From an uncultured Alphaproteobacteria bacterium (GTDB lineage Bacteria; Pseudomonadota; Alphaproteobacteria; ATCC43930; CGMCC-115725): DNA of 64,000 nucleotides. Position 1 is the stretch's first letter, and every line of letters starts with the position of its first letter. The DNA is taken from contig CAWAFE010000035.1 in the NCBI GenBank assembly GCA_963781215.1, forward strand, positions 91,536 to 155,535. The letters run 5' to 3'. Shown here in pieces: positions 12,457 through 20,228 of this stretch. Made by a program: the position numbers and the translations under genes. Under the pieces are notes generated by a model. The model worked only from the letters and a program-made list of their open reading frames with translations. It was not told the origin of the DNA and did no database searches.

Positions 12457-12828
12457 ATGGCAGATGCCCCCGCCGATCCGCGGCACTTTTACACGCGGCA
12501 CATCTTCATGTGCACCAATGTGCGGCCCGAGGGTCATCCGCGCGGTTGCTGCATGGCCCGCGCCGCCGAGGCCGGGGGTGTCGATAAACTGCGCGCCTAT
12601 ATGCGCGAGAAGGCGCGCGCGGCTGGGGTCGAAAACATCCGCGCCAACGCCGCGGGCTGCCTCGACCGCTGCGAGTTCGGCCCCAACATGGTGATCTATC
12701 CCGAAGGCGTGTGGTACCGCTACGAGACGACCGAGGACGTCGACGAGATCGTGCAGAAGCACTTGGTCGAAGGCGGCCGGGTGGAGCGGCTGATGCTGCA
12801 GCCCGATCAGCTGCCGCCGGCGCACTGA
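12457..12828 (+). CDS. (2Fe-2S) ferredoxin, thioredoxin-like fold
   Basis: MADAPADPRHFYTRHIFMCTNVRPEG...GCLDRCEFGPNMVIYPEGVWY; Cys pattern of the bacterial 2Fe-2S Trx-like ferredoxins. Confidence 0.75.
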   Translation: MADAPADPRHFYTRHIFMCTNVRPEGHPRGCCMARAAEAGGVDKLRAYMREKARAAGVENIRANAAGCLDRCEFGPNMVIYPEGVWYRYETTEDVDEIVQKHLVEGGRVERLMLQPDQLPPAH

Positions 12829-14225
12829 CGGGCCTGCCGCCCCCCTCCGACACGATCTTCGCGCCGGCGACGGCGGCGGGCCGCGCCGCTATCGCGGTAT
12901 TGCGCCTTTCGGGGCCCGACACCGCCCGAGCCGTTTCCCTGCTCGCCGGCAAATTGCCGCCGCCGCGACTGGCGCGGCGGACGCGCTTCATCGACCCCGG
13001 CACGGGCGCGCAACTCGACGATGGCCTGCTGCTGTGGTTCCCCGCCCCGCGCAGCGTCACCGGCGAGGACGTCGCCGAACTCCATCTGCACGGCAGCCGC
13101 GCCGTCCTCGCCGCAATCATCACCGTCCTCGGCCGCCTCGGGCTCAGGCTCGCCGAGCCCGGCGAGTTCACCCGCCGCGCTTTTCTGAACGGCAAGCTCG
13201 ACCTGACCCAGGCCGAGGCGGTGGCCGATCTCGTCGCCGCCGAGACCGAGGCGCAACGCCGTCAGGCCCTGCGCCAGCTCGACGGCGAATTGGGCTCCCT
13301 CTATCGCGGCTGGAGCCGGCGCCTGACCCATATCCTCGCCCATCTCGAAGCCGTCATCGACTTCCCCGACGAGGATCTGCCGCCCGAGATCGAAGCGCGG
13401 ATAGCGGACGAAGCCTCGGCCCTCGCCGCCGAAATCGAGCGCCATCTCGCCGACGGCCATCGCGGCGAGCGGCTGCGCGACGGCATCTCGGTCGCGATCC
13501 TCGGCCCGCCCAACGCCGGGAAATCGAGCCTCCTGAACCGCATCGCCCGCCGCGAGGCGGCGATCACCTCGCCGATCCCCGGCACCACCCGCGACATCGT
13601 CGAAGTGGCGATCGACCTTAAGGGCTACCCCGTCCTCCTCGCCGACACCGCCGGGTTGCGCGACAGCGACGACCTCGTCGAACAGGAAGGCCTGCGCCGC
13701 GCCCTGCGCCGTGCCAAAGAAGCTGAAATCCGCCTCTTCGTCTTCGACGCGCGCCGCCCGGCCGATGCCGACGCCGCTGCCGCCTGGCCCGGCCCCGACA
13801 CGCTCCTCGTGGCCAACAAGATCGACCTGCTCGGCCCCCGCCGCGGCCCTCCTCCCCCGACCATTCCCTCCCCCGCGAGCGGGGGAGGGTCGGGGTGGGG
13901 GCAACCCGGTGCCCCATCGCCGCCGGAGGACGCCATCCCGATCTCCGCCCTGACCGGCGAAGGTATCGACCCGCTTCTCGCCGCGCTCGGCGAACGGGTC
14001 GCGCAATCCTACCGCCTCGAAGCCCCGGTCCTGACCCGCGCCCGCCACCGCCAGGCCCTCGAAGAAGCCGCCGCCTCCCTCCGCCGCTCCCTCGTCGCCC
14101 CGCTCCCCGAGCTCCGCGCCGAAGACCTCCGCCTCGGCCTGCGCGGCCTCGGCCACATCACCGGCGCCATCGACGTCGAAGACCTCCTCGACATGATCTT
14201 CCGCGACTTCTGCATCGGCAAGTGA
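12825..14225 (+). CDS. mnmE: tRNA modification GTPase MnmE (start codon unresolved)
   Basis: DTIFAPATAAGRAAIAVLRLSG N-terminus, G1 GPPNAGKSSLLN, DTAGLR, C-terminal FCIGK. The only ATG in frame (12711) is 118 nt inside the ferredoxin gene. No ATG/GTG/TTG lies between the ferredoxin stop and DTIF; CTG at 12825 is used as a placeholder. Confidence 0.8.
   Translation: MTGLPPPSDTIFAPATAAGRAAIAVLRLSGPDTARAVSLLAGKLPPPRLARRTRFIDPGTGAQLDDGLLLWFPAPRSVTGEDVAELHLHGSRAVLAAIITVLGRLGLRLAEPGEFTRRAFLNGKLDLTQAEAVADLVAAETEAQRRQALRQLDGELGSLYRGWSRRLTHILAHLEAVIDFPDEDLPPEIEARIADEASALAAEIERHLADGHRGERLRDGISVAILGPPNAGKSSLLNRIARREAAITSPIPGTTRDIVEVAIDLKGYPVLLADTAGLRDSDDLVEQEGLRRALRRAKEAEIRLFVFDARRPADADAAAAWPGPDTLLVANKIDLLGPRRGPPPPTIPSPASGGGSGWGQPGAPSPPEDAIPISALTGEGIDPLLAALGERVAQSYRLEAPVLTRARHRQALEEAAASLRRSLVAPLPELRAEDLRLGLRGLGHITGAIDVEDLLDMIFRDFCIGK
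13866..13889. repeat. REP-like GC hairpin embedded in-frame in mnmE
   Basis: CCCTCCCCC-gcgagc-GGGGGAGGG read directly. It encodes part of a Pro/Gly-rich insert (PPPPTIPSPASGGGSGWGQPGAPSPP) between the NKxD (ANKIDL) and SA(L/K) G-domain motifs. Confidence 0.7.
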
Positions 14226-14366
14226 ACGGAATTATGTAGCTGTCTCACCACGCACGTTCTCCACAAGGAGACGCGCTTTATTCCCGTTCCATGACCCGCC
14301 GCATATAAGAAGAGAATTATTCCCTTGACGACCGGCATCCTTTACTCAGGGGCAAGGAGAAAACCA

Positions 14367-15261
14367 ATGCCCCGCCGCAACCCATCGCAAGTCCAGCCGT
14401 TTTCGGTTCGAGAGTTCTTTGAGCGTTTCCCGACCGAGGAAAGCTGTCTCGAACATCTGATGGAGCTGCGGTACGGGCTGCGGCATCCCTGCGGCAAGTG
14501 CCAGCATGTCTCGAAGTTTCACCGCCTCTCGGATCGGCCGGCCTACACCTGCGCCCACTGCGGCGCGAGTGTGCATCCCTGCGCCGGGACGATCTTTCAG
14601 GACACTCGGACACCGCTGCGGATGTGGTTCTATGCAATCTATCTGTTGTCACGACATGTCACGGCATGTCGGGCGAGGAGCTGCAGCGCCAACTCGGCGT
14701 CACCTATAAGACCGCGTATCGCATCGGGCAGCAAATCCGAACGCTGATGGAGCAAGCCGACATCGGTGGCCTTCTGACGGGCCACATCGAGATGGATGAA
14801 GCTTACGTCGGCGGCCGTCGTTCCGGCGGCAAGCGCGGGCGCGGCGCGCCGGGCAAGGCGATCGTCATGGGGATGAAGGAGCGCGGCGGCCGAATCGCCG
14901 CTCGCGTGATCCCGGACGTGTGCAAGCCGACGCTCCGCAATGTCGTGCGCGACAACGTCGAGCCGGGCTCGGTCGTTAGCACCGATGAACTGATGAGCTA
15001 GGGCTTACTAGCCGACGGGTTCATTCACGGCGCCGTCAAGCATGGCGCGAAGGAGTGCAGCTACTACGACTACCAGAGGGGCGAGACGCACTCGACCAAC
15101 AGCATCGAAAGCTTCTGGCATCTGTTCAAGTACAGTGTGCGTTCGACGCACATCCAGATCAGCCGCGAGAAGCTGCCGCTTTACCTCGCCGAGTTCTGCT
15201 ATCGCACGAACCATCGCGAGTTCGGGAACCTGATGTTCGACGCGCTGCTAGCGAAGGTCTG
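14367..15261 (+). pseudogene. IS1595-family (ISXO2-like) transposase, decayed (one frameshift plus one in-frame stop)
   Basis: RBS AAGGAGA precedes ATG 14367. N-terminal zinc ribbon CGKCQHVSKF...CAHCG (frame of ORF 14325). DDE part MDEAYVGG...STDELMS (frame of ORF 14498) ends at TAG 14999, then continues in the same frame GLLADGFIHGAVKH...NSIESFW...FCYRTNHRE to TGA 15261. Confidence 0.8.
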
Positions 15262-15386
15262 ACGGCGGCGCTCACGACACGCTCAAAGCCGTGGCGATCA
15301 CCCGCCGGCAAGCCGGCCGCCTCTTGTTGGGCGACGAACTCGGATAATCGATCAGAACGCAAGGCTTCGGCGAGCGTCAGGGCCAT
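15159..15386 (-). CDS. short hypothetical ORF whose 3' part runs antisense into the transposase remnant
   Basis: MALTLAEALRSDRLSEFVAQQEAAGLPAGDRHGFERVVSAAV looks protein-like for 42 codons. The rest is antisense to the IS. Possibly a gene clipped by the IS. Confidence 0.2.
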   Translation of the reverse strand: MALTLAEALRSDRLSEFVAQQEAAGLPAGDRHGFERVVSAAVRPSLAARRTSGSRTRDGSCDSRTRRGKAAASRG

Positions 15387-15440
15387 CTATGGCAAATAGG
15401 GGGTTTCCCTCCATATGAACAAGGGGTAGAAGCATCGGCG

Positions 15441-16079
15441 ATGAGCACCAGCAACGTCATATCCGCGTTCAGCGAGGAAGACGTTGAACGCCTAACCGGC
15501 ATCACGATCAACCAGTTGCGCTACTGGGATCGGACGGGGTTTTTTCTGCCCAGCTTGGCGAATGAAGATCGGCGAGTAGCCCTCAGCCGCATCTACACAT
15601 TCCGAGATGTGGTTTGCCTGAAAGTTCTGAACACCATCCGAAACGAGCTAAAAGTTTCGCTCCAGCACCTGCGGGAGGCCAAGGACAAGTTGGCGCACTT
15701 GGGCGAAGATGTCTGGACAAAGGCAACGATCTACATCCTCAACCGCCGGGTGGTCGTCTATGATCCGGCCACAGAGCGGAGAGAGGATGTCGTTTCGGGA
15801 CAGGGGGTCTTGCAAATCCCGCTTGAAGTGGTGCGCGGTGACATGGAGAAGGCCGTGAACGCGCTTCGGGCGCGTGACGCCGCGACCATCGGTAAGGTCA
15901 CCCAAAACCGGCGCACGGCAGCGAATAAACCTGTGATTGCAGGGACGCGGATTCCGGTTAAGAGTATCAAGGCGTTTGAACAGGCCGGTTACTCGATTGA
16001 CCAAATACGCGAGCAATACCCGATCCTCACGGAGGAGGATATCCGCGCTGCTCTCGCCTACGGGAGCCACGCGGCCTAG
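15441..16079 (+). CDS. MerR-type HTH fused to DUF433 domain (antitoxin-like)
   Basis: N-terminal VERLTGITINQLRYWDRTGFF (MerR HTH). C-terminal NKPVIAGTRIPVKSIKAFEQAGYSIDQIREQYPILTEEDIRAALAY (DUF433). Confidence 0.75.
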   Translation: MSTSNVISAFSEEDVERLTGITINQLRYWDRTGFFLPSLANEDRRVALSRIYTFRDVVCLKVLNTIRNELKVSLQHLREAKDKLAHLGEDVWTKATIYILNRRVVVYDPATERREDVVSGQGVLQIPLEVVRGDMEKAVNALRARDAATIGKVTQNRRTAANKPVIAGTRIPVKSIKAFEQAGYSIDQIREQYPILTEEDIRAALAYGSHAA

Positions 16080-16080
16080 G

Positions 16081-16461
16081 CTTCGCGTTCTCCTTGATGA
16101 GGGCGTTCCGGCTGCTGTTGGATTCACTTTCATCAGGCACGGCCATACCTTGATCCCGTTTGAGGACGTCCTCATTCGCGGTTCACGGGACGAATTGGTA
16201 TGCATAGCAGCCGAAGCAAATGATGCGCTACTGGTCGCCTTCGACAACGATATGAAGCAGCTGGCGCGCCGACACGGCGTCACTCCAGCCAGATTCAAGC
16301 GCCTAAACCTGCTCAAATTCGAGTGCGAAGAACCAAATGCCGCTCATCGTCTGGAAGAAGCGATGTCTCTACTCGAACACGAATGGACCATATCACAAAA
16401 AGTCGCGTCACAGCGTGTCTTTGTGGTTATCGGAAAGCAAGTACTGCGGTCCCACAGATAA
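16081..16461 (+). CDS. DUF5615 / Mut7-C PIN-like putative toxin partner of DUF433; no canonical start codon
   Basis: LRVLLDEGVPAAVGFTFIRHGH...LLVAFDNDMKQL matches the usual M-R/K-x-LLDE-N/G-x-P N-terminus. The conserved sequence begins 2 nt after the DUF433 stop (TAG 16077-16079), but the first codon is CTT. The only upstream in-frame ATG is 15937. Confidence 0.6.
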   Translation, partial: LRVLLDEGVPAAVGFTFIRHGHTLIPFEDVLIRGSRDELVCIAAEANDALLVAFDNDMKQLARRHGVTPARFKRLNLLKFECEEPNAAHRLEEAMSLLEHEWTISQKVASQRVFVVIGKQVLRSHR

Positions 16462-16545
16462 GGTCGTCAACAGGAAAATCTCCTTCTGCCAGGTCATATC
16501 AACATAAAAGACCATCCGAGACCAACTCTCTAAACTTAATGTGCC

Positions 16546-17235
16546 TTAACCGTTTGCGGCCCTCCAAGGCAGACACCGCAACTGCGGCCAGACCCGGCGC
16601 CATCGCTCCACCTTGGTTTCGTAGATGCTTTGCGTGATCTGCCGCTTGTTCGGCCGCACCACAAGGCCGAACAGATCGTCGAGGCCGAACGGTGCGCAGA
16701 TTTCGAGCTCTCCCTCGCGCGGCTTTATGCCGATGGCAGTGGCGGTCGTCGGGAATGTCGCGATGGCGTCGGCAGCGGAACGATAGGGCGCAATCGGATA
16801 GCCGAACCGGTCCTCGTACCAGAGGTGCACCCGCGCTTCGTTCTTGACATCGAGCTTGGCCGGCAGGCGGTTGAACAGATGCCGCAACCGTTCTTCGTGC
16901 TCGGCTTCCGCTTCGGCCGAGAGATCGGCCGCGTCGAAATAAATGAGATCGACATCCTTGATCGCGAAGCCAGGCGAGTTGCCGAGGGCAACATTCCAGA
17001 CCGTCTGCGCGAGGCAGCCGGCGACGAGCCAGCAGTCGGGGAGGAAAATCTTATCGAACCCTTCGACGATTTCCCACAACCAAGAATTTCGTCGAAGCGC
17101 CTCGACCAGACGATCGACAGCTCCCGAGGGCGAATCGTTGCGCAATGGCGGCACCCTTATCGCGGCGCGACGCCGCTTCCGTGCTCGGCGCAAACCTACC
17201 ACGCGTCGTTGCGGAAAGCGCATTATTCTTGACAT
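16546..17235 (-). CDS. nucleotidyltransferase family protein (PF06042/DUF925-like)
   Basis: CWLVAGCLAQTVWN...KDVDLIYFDAADLS...LDVKNEARVHLWY...ATFPTTATAIG...APFGLDDLFGLVVRPN matches the pattern I know for this family. Confidence 0.7.
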   Translation of the reverse strand: MSRIMRFPQRRVVGLRRARKRRRAAIRVPPLRNDSPSGAVDRLVEALRRNSWLWEIVEGFDKIFLPDCWLVAGCLAQTVWNVALGNSPGFAIKDVDLIYFDAADLSAEAEAEHEERLRHLFNRLPAKLDVKNEARVHLWYEDRFGYPIAPYRSAADAIATFPTTATAIGIKPREGELEICAPFGLDDLFGLVVRPNKRQITQSIYETKVERWRRVWPQLRCLPWRAANG

Positions 17236-17392
17236 TTGGACATAGTCCGGGTATCGTCCGACCGTTGCCGAAGCGTCGGGAGGACGGGGCGCGGCGATCT
17301 ACCGGATTGGGGGCACCCTGTAGATTCCCTGTAATATCAGGGAGAACAGGGAGGCCCGGCTACCGGCCATTTGGCGCGTTTGGGAGTTAGTC

Positions 17393-17662
17393 GTGGCTCG
17401 AAGGGTATTCTACACCATCCTCGCTCTTCTTCTCGCCGTCGCGGCGTTTTGCGGGGCGGATCCGTCGCCGAGCATAAATCTGTTCGGCGTTCTGTTCTTA
17501 TTCGTCGCGGTTGTTGTTTGGTTTTTTTGGGCAGAAATTCAGGCGGGCTACTCGTACCTCGAGGACAGCAGAGTGCCGCGCTACGAGGCGACCGGATTGA
17601 TGATGATCCGGTTTGCGCCGATGTACCTAAGAGAGCTCACCAAAAAGAAACGGCGTCGTTGA
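17393..17662 (+). CDS. small membrane protein (2 predicted TM, Lys/Arg tail)
   Basis: 89-aa ORF, lower GC than its surroundings; FYTILALLLAVAAF and LFGVLFLFVAVVVWFFW hydrophobic segments. No recognisable family. Confidence 0.4.
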   Translation: MARRVFYTILALLLAVAAFCGADPSPSINLFGVLFLFVAVVVWFFWAEIQAGYSYLEDSRVPRYEATGLMMIRFAPMYLRELTKKKRRR

Positions 17663-17670
17663 GGGCGGCT

Positions 17671-18009
17671 TCACTCTTCGAAAGCCTCTCGCAGCCCGGC
17701 GAGCGCGAAGCCGAGGGTGCGCGGCTCGATGGCGCCGAGGCGGCGCACCAATCGGCGCTTGTCGAGCGATCGGATCTGATCGAGCAGGATCAGCCCGCGC
17801 TTGCCCTGAAATGCCACCGGGATGCGGTAGGGTGCGGGCCGGCTCCCGGTCGTCATCGGCGCAACCGTGACGGTCCGGAGATAATCGTGCATCTCAGCCG
17901 GCGACACGATGAGGCACGGCCGGGTCTTCTGAATCTCGCTGCCCAGTGTGGGATCGAGCGCGGCAAGCCACACATCGCCGCGAAACGCGGCTGGCGGTTC
18001 TCTCACCAT
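17671..18009 (-). CDS. mazF: MazF/PemK-family endoribonuclease toxin
   Basis: MVREPPAAFRGDVWLAALDPTLGSEIQKTRPCLIVSPAEMH...ILLDQIRSLDKRRL. The ATG at 18007-18009 lies in an ATGGTGA overlap with the antitoxin stop in the corrected frame. Confidence 0.8.
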   Translation of the reverse strand: MVREPPAAFRGDVWLAALDPTLGSEIQKTRPCLIVSPAEMHDYLRTVTVAPMTTGSRPAPYRIPVAFQGKRGLILLDQIRSLDKRRLVRRLGAIEPRTLGFALAGLREAFEE

Positions 18010-18258
18010 GCGAGATCGTCGTCCCCGGCGTTGGCGAATTCGGGCCAAACCGGCGCGTCGTCTCTGGCGGCGGCTCAGGTCGCGCGATGCCTCGGCCCAG
18101 CCGGCACGCCGCCGACGCTTCACCGGCTCCATGACGATGCGCCCATCCTCGATGGTAATATCGACGGCATCGCCGGCACTTGTCCCGATCTCCGCCAGCA
18201 TGGATTTCGGGATGATAATTCCCGATGAGTTGCCCAGTTTCCGCAGCGTCGCTCGCAT
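18003..18258 (-). pseudogene. mazE: MazE (SpoVT/AbrB-type) antitoxin, frame broken so that it reads through into mazF
   Basis: MRATLRKLGNSSGIIIPKSMLAEIG...RIVMEPV...RAGWAEASRDL is in the ORF frame. The expected C-terminus AAARDDAPVWPEFANAGDDDLAW-stop is read only after a 1-nt shift near 18074-18078. Confidence 0.7.
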
Positions 18259-18271
18259 CCGACTCTCCATG

Positions 18272-18286
18272 TATGACAAAGTCATA
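18272..18286. promoter_or_regulatory. candidate mazEF operator palindrome
   Basis: TATGAC-AAA-GTCATA perfect inverted repeat immediately upstream of the mazE start region. Confidence 0.4.
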
Positions 18287-18360
18287 ACGGCCAGGTTGCG
18301 GCGCGACAATGCTCCCTCGAGCATCGACAGGCACGGCACCACTTCCTACATTCCGCGGCC

Positions 18361-20228
18361 ATGAAGCAGAGCGTAGGACGATACGACGTCATCGTGGTCG
18401 GCGGCGGGCATGCGGGGTGCGAAGCGGCGGCCGCCGCGGCGCGGGTGGGGGCGCGGACAATGCTCCTCACCCACAACCGCGCGACGATCGGCGAGATGTC
18501 GTGCAATCCGGCGATCGGCGGGCTCGGCAAGGGGCATCTGGTGCGCGAGATCGACGCGCTCGACGGCATCATGGGTCGAGCGATCGACCGCGCCGGCATC
18601 CAGTTCCGCATCCTTAACCGCAGCAAGGGGCCGGCGGTGCGCGGGCCGCGCGCGCAGGCCGACCGCAAGCTCTATCGCCGCGCGATGGCCGAGTTGTTGG
18701 CGGAAACCGCCCAATCTCGACATCGTCGAGGGTGCCGCCGAGGATCTGCTGCTCGATCGCGAGGGCCGGGTTTGCGGGGTGGCGCTGGGCGATGGCCGGC
18801 ATTGCCCGGCGGGCCGCGTGGTGCTGACCACCGGCACCTTCCTCAACGGACTCATCCATATCGGCGAGGAGAAGATCCCGGCCGGCCGGGTCGGCGAGAA
18901 GCCTTCGCTCGGCCTGTCGCGGACCCTGGCGCGCTGCGGTTTCGCGTTGGGGCGGCTCAAGACCGGCACGCCGCCGCGGCTCGACGGCGCCACGATCGAC
19001 CGGGCCGGGCTCGACCTCCAGCCGGGCGACGACCCGCCGCCGCCGTTCTCGTTCCTGACCGATCATATTACGACGCCGCAGATCGCCTGCCACATCACGG
19101 CGACGACCCCGGCGACGCACGCCGTGATCCGCGACCAATCTCGCCCGCTCGCCGATGTATTCGGGCGAGATCACCGGCATCGGCCCGCGCTATTGCCCGT
19201 CGATCGAGGACAAAATCGTGCGTTTTGCCGGGCGCGAGCGGCACCAGATCTTTCTCGAGCCCGAAGGCCTCGACGACGACACCGTCTACCCGAACGGCAT
19301 CTCGACCTCGCTGCCGCGCGAGGTGCAGGAGGCGATGCTGCAAACCATTCCCGGCCTTGAGCACGCGGCGATGCGGCGGCCGGGCTATGCGATCGAGTAC
19401 GATTTCGTCGACCCGCGCGAGCTTTATCCGAGCCTGGAGACGCGACGGGTGCCCCGGCTCTACTTCGCCGGCCAGATCAACGGCACGACCGGCTACGAGG
19501 AGGCGGCCGCACAAGGCCTCGTCGCCGGCCTCAACGCAGCACTCGCGGCCTCGGGTCAGGAGCCGCTGCTGCTCGACCGCGCCGACGCCTATATCGGCGT
19601 CCTGATCGACGACCTCGTCACCCGTGGCGCCAGCGAGCCCTATCGGATGTTCACCTCGCGCGCCGAGTACCGGCTCCTGCTGCGCGCCGACAACGCCGAC
19701 CAGCGACTGACCCCGATCGGTTTGCGCGTCGGCTGCGTCGGCGCCGAGCGCGACCGGCGCTTTGCGGCGAAGACGGCCGCACTCGGCGAAACCCGGCGAT
19801 GCCTTGCCGGGTTGCGGATGACCCCGCCGGCGCTGAAGCGCCATGGCATCGCGGTCAACGAGGACGGGATCGCCCGCAGTGCCGCGGAATTGCTCGCCTA
19901 CCCCGGCATCGATCTCTCCCGCCTCGCGCGGGTATGGCCGGAGCTCGCCGCGATCCCAGCTGAGATCGCCGAGCAGGTCGAAATCGATGCCCACTATGCC
20001 GGCTATCTCGAACGCCAGGCGCGCGACATCGCCTCGTTCCGCCGCGATGAGGCATTGCTGCTGCCGCCCGACCTCGACTACGCCGCGGTCGGCAGCCTGT
20101 CGCGCGAGATCCGCGACAAGCTCGTGGTGGCCCGGCCGACGACATTGGGTGCGGCGGGGCGGATCTCCGGCGTCACGCCCGCCGCACTGGTGGCGCTGCT
20201 CCAGCATGTGAAGCGACGTGCGGCCTGA
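18361..20228 (+). pseudogene. mnmG: tRNA uridine 5-carboxymethylaminomethyl modification enzyme MnmG (GidA), two frame breaks
   Basis: [16 protein letters not shown] (ORF 18361), [14 protein letters not shown]...[12 protein letters not shown] (ORF 18410), [20 protein letters not shown]...[16 protein letters not shown] (ORF 19155). The three pieces lie in three different frames in the order of an intact MnmG. Confidence 0.9.

Noticed and set aside
10407-12587. 726-aa plus-strand ORF, the longest in this part of the window
   Set aside because: It is entirely antisense to the well-supported thioredoxin-domain gene. Its Arg/Pro/Gly/Ala-rich, low-complexity translation is typical of shadow ORFs in high-GC DNA, and it has no recognisable motif.
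12807-14156. 449-aa minus-strand ORF
   Set aside because: Antisense shadow of mnmE; the composition is dominated by G/A/R/E runs with no motifs.
14640-14660. Programmed ribosomal frameshift in the IS transposase
   Set aside because: I see no slippery A-AAA-AAG-type heptamer. IS1595-family transposases are normally single ORFs as far as I know. A separate in-frame TAG at 14999 also disrupts the gene, so decay or sequencing error is more likely.
19095-20207. 370-aa minus-strand ORF
   Set aside because: Antisense shadow of the third mnmG segment.
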